This document shows, one piece after another, positions 55,696-64,000 of a DNA stretch of 64,000 nt (position 1 is its first letter; the number at the start of each line of letters is the position of its first letter). Where the stretch lies: the NCBI GenBank assembly GCA_964016885.1, contig OZ024744.1:83886001-83950000 (forward strand), in the 5' to 3' direction. The notes under the pieces are model-generated. The model was not told where the DNA came from. It was given only the letters and a program-made list of their open reading frames with translations, and did no database searches. The position numbers were made by a program, and so were the translations under genes. The DNA comes from Eledone cirrhosa (taxonomy: Eukaryota).

Positions 55696-56136
55696 TTATT
55701 TAGATAGTTTCATATGAGATTCTGTTGCATAGCCTGCTGCACTTCCATCTTCGTATGGTGTGTGTTGCAGGAACATAAGTCTCCTAGATTTAATGTCAAA
55801 ACTAGACTAAAACGAATCAATTAGTATATAAATTGATAGTACAATGAAGAACTAGATAGCATACATCACTGAGACGACAGGCATTTGGTAAATACGGCAT
55901 TAACAGTCTGACAACGTTTGGAAAATTACAGACACGGTTCAGCTAAGACAAAAAAAAAACTGTTCACTGACTCTTACTGAAGTACTAATTTCTCTCACCT
56001 TGACCTTATGGATATCAGATCAGATTCATCGGGTGTTCTGATCTCACCCTGGCGACAAGCTTCTCCTCTTTGTGTGGGTGGATTGCCCTTATCTATATCA
56101 CTTGTACTTTTTATTCATTTATTTTGTGAATGTAAT

Positions 56137-56210
<74 letters not shown>

Positions 56211-56380
56211 TTGTGCGTGTGTGTGTGTGTGTGTGTGTATTACATACATAAAATATATGAATAAAAAGTACAAGTGATATAGATTAGTATATATATATAT
56301 TGAGAGATAGATATAGATTTGCATACATACATATATACACACATACATACATAGAAAGATACATACCTAAATACATAAAT

Positions 56381-57250
56381 GGCGGCTGTCAACTCGTTTT
56401 CGAGTACGGCCACTACTTTATATCCATGTAGGAGAACCCCTACCGATGCGCTGAACGAGTGTGACGTTTTAGTCCAGTCAGCGACTTGAAAACTCTGGTA
56501 CAAACACTACACTTGTGACAATTATTGACACACAGTGCTGGGCCCATGGTACCATGTGACCCAAGGTATCGTGTGAGATCACTACTCGATCTGCATACCC
56601 TTCCACAAACATTACATGTCGTCGTCTGATGAACACTTATAGCTCCACAGGTGCCTGCTTCCCTGTTCTTGTGCACTCTCAGGTGATTCTTTAGACCTGC
56701 CATGCTCAGACAAACCCTATTACAGGTCTCACATGTCAGGTCAGGCCGTCTGTCAGTGCCTTCGGGAAGGCCAACATGGATTCCTTTCCGGACATCTCTT
56801 TTTAGTGTCGCGTGCCTTCGTCAAATAGACTCTTGCCACTAGCCACTGCTTTCCTCCAATGCGATCGGTCGCTAGCGCATGCTTCCAAGTGCTCACAAGG
56901 GATGTTACTTTTCTTGAGCGCCCCCTTGATGCAGTCATTAAAACGCATCTGGGACTTGCTCGGGTTCCTTTTTCCCATTTGGAGCTCGCCATAAAGCAGC
57001 TGCTTCGGCATTCGCTTGTCATTCATCCCTACAAGATGGCCTGTCCAGCGCAGCTGATGTTTCAAAATCAAGGACTCGAAACTATCACAGCCACTTCTGT
57101 CCATTTCCTCGACGTCACTGACAAACATTTGCCAAGTTATGCCGAGGATCCGACGTAAGCAGTACTGGTGGAACCCCTCAAGTCGCATCATCTGTCTACG
57201 GTAGACCACCCACGTCTCACAGGCATAAAGAAGTGCCGCGAGCACACACG
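56381..57250 (-). mobile_element. 5'-truncated RTE LINE with multiple C2H2 zinc fingers
   Basis: LLYACETW, HQLRWTGH and RMPKQLLYGEL, then C2H2-like repeats (CNVCGRVC, CSVCTRVF..H...H) in ORF 56440-56703; flanking duplication of about 55 bp. Confidence 0.9.
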
Positions 57251-57517
57251 CATACATATATACACACATACATACATAGAAACATGCATACCTAAATACA
57301 TACATATATACATACATACAAACATACATATATACATAAGTACATACATACATAAATACATACATACATACATACATACATACATACATACATACATACA
57401 TACATACATACATACATACATACATACGCATCATCTTTGTCTTGACATATCGCATTATGTGTTTTAACCTCTGTTATACACATATATACTTATATATACA
57501 TATACATGCATGTATAT

Positions 57518-57598
<81 letters not shown>

Positions 57599-57684
57599 AT
57601 ATTTCTATGCCCACATGTTATGTAACTTCCTCGTAACACATTTCTTATGAATATATGAACAACCATCACCAACACCACCACCAC

Positions 57685-57715
<31 letters not shown>

Positions 57716-58187
57716 TCTATTTTCTAAGTTATTTCTTCTGTAGACATTTCCTTCTTAAATTTCAAGATTTGATCTGTTAGATTAGTCTATATTTTCTCCT
57801 GGAGTTGATTTTTTGGGTAGAGTGCGGTGGGGGTGGGGTGGGGGTCTGTAAAAACTATAAAGAATGAACCCTGACATGATGACCATCCGTCTACTACAAA
57901 CCAAAACAACTTAAGAACAGAAAAAGATAAGAACCATGAATGAGAGGAATGAAAGAAAGAGAATGAAAGAAAGATGAATGAAAGAAGGAGAGAAAGAAAG
58001 AACGATAAGGACAGAGAGAGAGAGTGAATGAAGATAACAGAAATAGGAAGAAAGAAAATAATAGAAAGAAAGAAAGAAAATAAAAGAAAGAAAGAAAGAA
58101 AGTGAAAGAAAATGAAAGCACAAAGGGAAACATATTAAAAAGATAAAAGAAAGAAAGGATGGGAGAAAGAAAGAAAGAAAGAGAGAG

Positions 58188-58223
<36 letters not shown>

Positions 58224-58271
58224 CGAAAGAAACAAAGGAAGACATAATGAAAATATCCTGCGTGCATTACA

Positions 58272-58967
<696 letters not shown>

Positions 58968-59212
58968 GTAAACGTACATTTCCTGTCCCATCCACATCTC
59001 GAACATTTCAATGTTACAATTCTCGTGAGAGTTTAGCTGAAACAAACGTAAAACGAAAATAATAAAAATTAAAAGGAAGACAAAAGAAAATTAAAGAAAA
59101 AAAGATATATATGCATATATTTATATATATATATATTTATTTTTTATTTATTTATTTATATATATGCATATATATATATATATATATTCATATATATATA
59201 TATGTATCTATG

Positions 59213-59256
<44 letters not shown>

Positions 59257-60309
59257 ACTCACAAAACAAAATGGAAACCCTCATACATATTTTGTGTATA
59301 TCGATCCAATCAAATGCTCTGTATTTTTCGAATGCAACATATCCCTGTAGGTTTGCATGTATACTGTAAGCGATTTCTGTATTTATGTTCTATGTTTAAC
59401 AGTATTTTTTTTTCGGTGGGTGTGATTGTTGTTGTTGTTGGTGTTGTTTTGTTTTGTTTTGAGGAGCTGTTTTTTATTGGGGGGGAGGGGGGTTCGTGGA
59501 GGGAAGGGAAGTCGTATTTACAATAGAGTTTCTTGAGAGTTTTTTGACATTTGATACGTTAGCATATGACAACGAAAAGATCAGAGGAAACCATTAAAAA
59601 ACACATAATGTTTAATGATGACCCATTATAAGTTTGCTATCTTGAACTTATATAAACACACAACGAATATGCACACACCACAAAACACAACATGCAACAT
59701 ACAATACAATACAGTTGCTAGCACAACGACGACCGCGTACAGACACACACACACACACACACGTGTGTTTGCATATGAGTAGCAATACACACTGGAATAC
59801 ATAACAAAGAAACGTGGATGTAGAATTTTATATGTAGAAAGAATGAGAAAATATGTATACATAGAGCAAATTGAGAGAGCAAAAAGTCTCATGCATGGAA
59901 CAAAATACTCATAAAAAGCTATATAATTATGTATGGATGTGTGCATGCGTCCGTGCATGCACATATATATATATATATGTGTGCGTGTGTGTGTATATAT
60001 ATATATATATATAATGTTTATATTTAGAGATAGATTGATACATAGAGAGACGGATAGAGATAATTAGATAGGTAATTAGATAGATAGATAGATAGATACA
60101 TAGATAGATAGAGAGATATCCATATATGTGTATATATGCACGTGTATATGTATGTATATATATATATATATATATGTAGGTGTGTATGTAGGTGTTATGT
60201 ATGTATGAATGTATGTAATATATATGTAAGTATTATATATGTATGTACTATATATGTATGTAAGTATTAAATATGTATGTATGTGGGTAGGTAGGTAGGA
60301 AGGTATTAC

Positions 60310-60340
<31 letters not shown>

Positions 60341-60598
60341 TGTATGTATGTATGTATATGTATGTATGTATGTATGTAAGTATTATCTATGTATGTGTTT
60401 ATGTTTGCATTTATTTCTATGGTCACGACCCTCCATAGAGACATACATTATATGCAAATATTTGTATAATAAAAACGGGCGTGTGTCTGTATCCAGCCGA
60501 GGTTAACTTTGCCTTACGGGGTAGATAAAATAAAATACCAGTAATACATTGGGATAATTGCTGGCCTTGTGCCAAATGTAGAAACAATTATATTCTAA

Positions 60599-60718
<120 letters not shown>

Positions 60719-60757
60719 ATATTAAATAAATGGAAACTATATTTATAAAACCATATT

Positions 60758-60823
60758 TATTTCATTATATATATTTCAGGGATATCATATTAACAATATG
60801 TTATGCCTTCCTCAGACAAAATA
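60758..60823 (-). ncRNA. Minimal type I hammerhead ribozyme (left-arm copy)
   Basis: Reverse complement of 60944-61009. Confidence 0.7.
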
Positions 60824-60943
60824 CAATATAGAGAGTTTTATAGGTAAATAGATTTGACATACCGTTCAACATCGACTTTCTCAAATACAAGTCGATGTTG
60901 AACGGTATGTCAAATCTATTTATCTATAAAACTGTCTATATTG

Positions 60944-61009
60944 TATTTTGTCTGAGGAAGGCATAACATATTGTTAATATGATATCCCTGAAATATATAT
61001 AATGAAATA
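60944..61009 (+). ncRNA. Minimal type I hammerhead ribozyme
   Basis: Stem I TATTTTGT/ATGAAATA, core CTGAGGA (60952-60958), long stem II AGG..CATATT/AATATG..CCT, GAAA, palindromic TATATA, then UA cleavage site. Confidence 0.72.
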
Positions 61010-61136
61010 AATATGGTTTTATAAATATAGTTTCCATTTATTTAATATCGTAAATATACTCCAAATACTTGTTGAGTGCTTTTATATCAGTTATAAATAT
61101 TTACTAGTTGTAACCCAACAATTTAAATATAACTTT

Positions 61137-61200
<64 letters not shown>

Positions 61201-61204
<4 letters not shown>

Positions 61205-62308
61205 ATACTTTGGGAGGGTCATGTTGCCAATAAGAAACACACGCACCAGTTGCTTTCACTCAAATTTATTATAAATTTTAAAAAAATTATAAATTTCCGG
61301 TTGGCGGGTTCGTTCCACAATCGGACGGTTGTTCATATATTGTCAAAGTTCTGTCGTCACACATTCTGTGACCTCATTAGTGACCGGGGATTCTTTTCTT
61401 TATTTTGTGCCTCTCCTTTGTTCTGTCCTACGCCATCTTGTTTTTGGGTGTGTTGTGTGCTTAGTTTGCGCATGTGTTACATCCGGGTGTCTGTGTGTGG
61501 TTATATTTGTTTATTTATTTGTTTATTTACATGTTACTGGTTGGTTGTTTGTTCTATGTGTGTGTTTTCATTTTGTCCTTAATTGTAAGTTGTGATGTTG
61601 CTATTCCATCGAATGTTTTCTATTTAATTTTGGTTGGAGTTCATTTATGTTTATTGCCTCTATGATTTGTCTAAACATTGCGTCTTTTCTGTGTGTAGAT
61701 TTTATTTTTATTTCTATGGTCTCTAATTTGCCCTTATGTTCTATTTTAGCATGTTTGTGGAGTACTGACGAGTCTTTTCTATCTTGAAGCTCTCGCCAGT
61801 GTTCATTTAATCGTTCTCCTATACTACGAGCTGTCTTGCCTATGTACATAGGTGTCTTACCTATGTACATATGGACGAAATGAAAACACACACATAGACC
61901 AAACAACCAACTAGTAACATGTAAATAAACAAATAAATAAACAAATAAAAACACACACAGACACCCGGATGTAACACATGCGCAAACTAAGCACGCAACA
62001 CACCCCAAAACAGGATGGCGTAGGACAGAACAAAGGAGAGGCACAAAACAAAGAAAAGTATCCCCGTTCACTGATGTGGTGACAGAATGTGTGACGAAAG
62101 AACTTTGACAATATATGAACAACCGTCCGGTTGTGGAACTAATCAACCAACCGGAAATTTATAAAAAATGTTTAATTTATAATAAATTGGAGTCATAGCT
62201 TGGTGCGTGTGTTTCTTATTGGCAACATGACCCTCCCAAAGTATAACAATATCGGTTTCAACACACGTTTTCAGATAAAGAATCTTGCTAAACAAATTCA
62301 GAAACGAA

Positions 62309-62310
<2 letters not shown>
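61201..62310 (-). mobile_element. 5'-truncated Penelope-like element with inverted pLTRs
   Basis: About 380-bp inverted repeats at 61201-61578 and 61872-62251 flank a GIY-YIG fragment; degenerate hammerheads at about 61341-61386 (-) and 62065-62110 (+); (TA)n flanks. Confidence 0.88.
61601..61870 (-). pseudogene. GIY-YIG endonuclease C-terminal fragment (Penelope)
   Basis: YIGKTARSIGERLNEH...SVLHKH...RQIIEAINI...PKLN. Confidence 0.88.
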
Positions 62311-62372
<62 letters not shown>

Positions 62373-62622
62373 GAGAGGTATAGAGATTGTTTTAGCAAGA
62401 AGCTAACGGCATTCTATAACATATATGCGACTATAACGTCAAGATGGGAAAAGTAGTTAACGAAAGATTTAGGAAAAATAACTCAAACTCATCTCAAAAG
62501 AGAATCAGGATATAAATTCATCCACAGAATTTAGTGAAATCCGGGGAAAAATCTATAGACCTTTAACTCATGATAAAATAAAGTTTGAAACACTTATCCT
62601 TCAATTTGGAATAACATCAAAT

Positions 62623-62703
62623 GCTCTGTATAGTCTTAAAAGACTATTTCATGAAAACTTTCAGTGGAGATGGTCACGGTTGGATTTCATTCATCAGCAG
62701 AGC
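62623..62703 (-). ncRNA. Type I hammerhead ribozyme, copy 1
   Basis: Minus strand: GCTCTG-CTGATGA-ATGAAA(28 nt)TTTCAT-GAAA-TAGTCT ttta AGACTA-TA/CAGAGC; all three stems pair and the core is intact. Confidence 0.92.
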
Positions 62704-63253
62704 TCAACAGAAAACCAGGGCTCTCACAGTAATATAATCCGAAAAAGGGAATTCTAAAACTGGCTAGTTTGCCTTCATGTGTAATTATGAAAAAGTACAA
62801 TGAGGAAAAAACGGGGCTAGTGACGCCAGGATGGAAGTGAATGTTTATTTACAAGAAATAGCAGTCAAATACATTCTGAAAAAAACTCTACAAAAGGAGT
62901 TCATCAAAATAGCAATAATTATCACAGTTTTTATGAAAAAAACCGGGATTAGTCACAGATAGTTTAAGCACTCTAGGAAAAGAATCCGAGTATAAATATA
63001 AATGAGAGGTATAGAGATTGTTTTAGCAAGAAGCTAACGGCATTCTATAACATATATGCGACTATAACGTCAAGATGGGAAAAGTAGTTAACGAAAGATT
63101 TAGGAAAAATAACTCAAACTCATCTCAAAAGAGAATCAGGATATAAATTCATCCACAGAATTTAGTGAAATCCGGGGGAAAATCTATAGACCTTTAACTC
63201 ATGATAAAATAAAGTTTGAAACACTTATCCTTCAATTTGGAATAACATCAAAT

Positions 63254-63334
63254 GCTCTGTATAGTCTTAAAAGACTATTTCATGAAAACTTTCAGTGGAG
63301 ATGGTCACGGTTGGATTTCATTCATCAGCAGAGC
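63254..63334 (-). ncRNA. Type I hammerhead ribozyme, copy 2
   Basis: Identical to 62623-62703, offset by 631 bp. Confidence 0.92.
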
Positions 63335-63668
63335 TCAACAGAAAACCAGGGCTCTCACAGTAATATAATCCGAAAAAGGGAATTCTAAAACTGGCTAGTT
63401 CGCCTTCATGTGTAATTATGAAAAAGTACAATGAGGAAAAAACGGGGCTAGTGACGTCAGGATCGAAGTGAATGTTTATTTACAAGAAATAGCAGTCAAA
63501 TACATTCTGAAAAAAACTCTACAAAAGCAGTTCAGCAAAATAGCAATAATTATCACAGTTTTTATGAAAAAAACCGGGATTAGTCACAGATAGTTTAAGC
63601 ACTCTAGGAAAAGAATCCGAGTATAAATATAAATGAGAGGTATAGAGATTGTTTTAGCAATTGTTTTA

Positions 63669-63731
<63 letters not shown>

Positions 63732-63748
63732 TATACATATATATATAT

Positions 63749-63873
<125 letters not shown>

Positions 63874-63957
63874 GTTATATATATATAACATGTTGACTCC
63901 GGTAACAGCTATTCTCTGTGTTTTCTACATTATATTCTCAGAATATATATATGAGAG

Positions 63958-64000
63958 GGCGGTAGATTGGCAGTATCGGTAGAGGGTCGGACGCCATGCT
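63958..64000 (+). mobile_element. SINE head, cut by the window edge
   Basis: GGCGGTAGATTGGCAGTATCGGTAGAGGGTCGGACGCCATGCT. Confidence 0.85.

Larger units (their letters stand above)
62368..63660 (-). mobile_element. Retrozyme-like 631-bp tandem repeat (two units plus about 30 bp)
   Basis: ATGAGAGGTATAGAG at 62371, 63002 and 63633; units differ by only a handful of substitutions; one hammerhead per unit; (TA)n flanks; no ORF of 60 aa or more in the track. Confidence 0.85.

Noticed and set aside
56440-56703. Host C2H2 zinc-finger gene
   Set aside because: Contiguous with RTE RT sequence, inside a flanking duplication, and partly repeated at 35236-35415

Overview
Repeat-saturated, AT-rich animal DNA, intergenic or intronic. 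The SINE family and microsatellite style suggest an octopodid cephalopod, which is an inference. No host gene can be supported. The window holds decayed non-LTR retrotransposons: R4/Dong-like RLE elements stacked in (TAA)n, a near full-length Tx1/L1-like element, two inverted RTE copies, and further RTE and CRE fragments. It also holds a Tc1/mariner transposase relic, MITEs and many copies of one tRNA-derived SINE. The most interesting signal is a set of Penelope-type elements embedded in (TA)n. One is a 631-bp head-to-tail tandem (62368-63660) with an intact type I hammerhead ribozyme in each unit, i.e. retrozyme-like. Several others are fold-back elements carrying hammerhead cores, and one is a GIY-YIG fragment between inverted pLTRs. 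Most share an RCTC...GAGY stem-loop just beyond the point where the insertion meets the (TA)n target. The RTE 5' UTRs carry a candidate HDV-like ribozyme with an unusual L3 insertion. All structures were folded by eye and coordinates of degenerate repeats are approximate.
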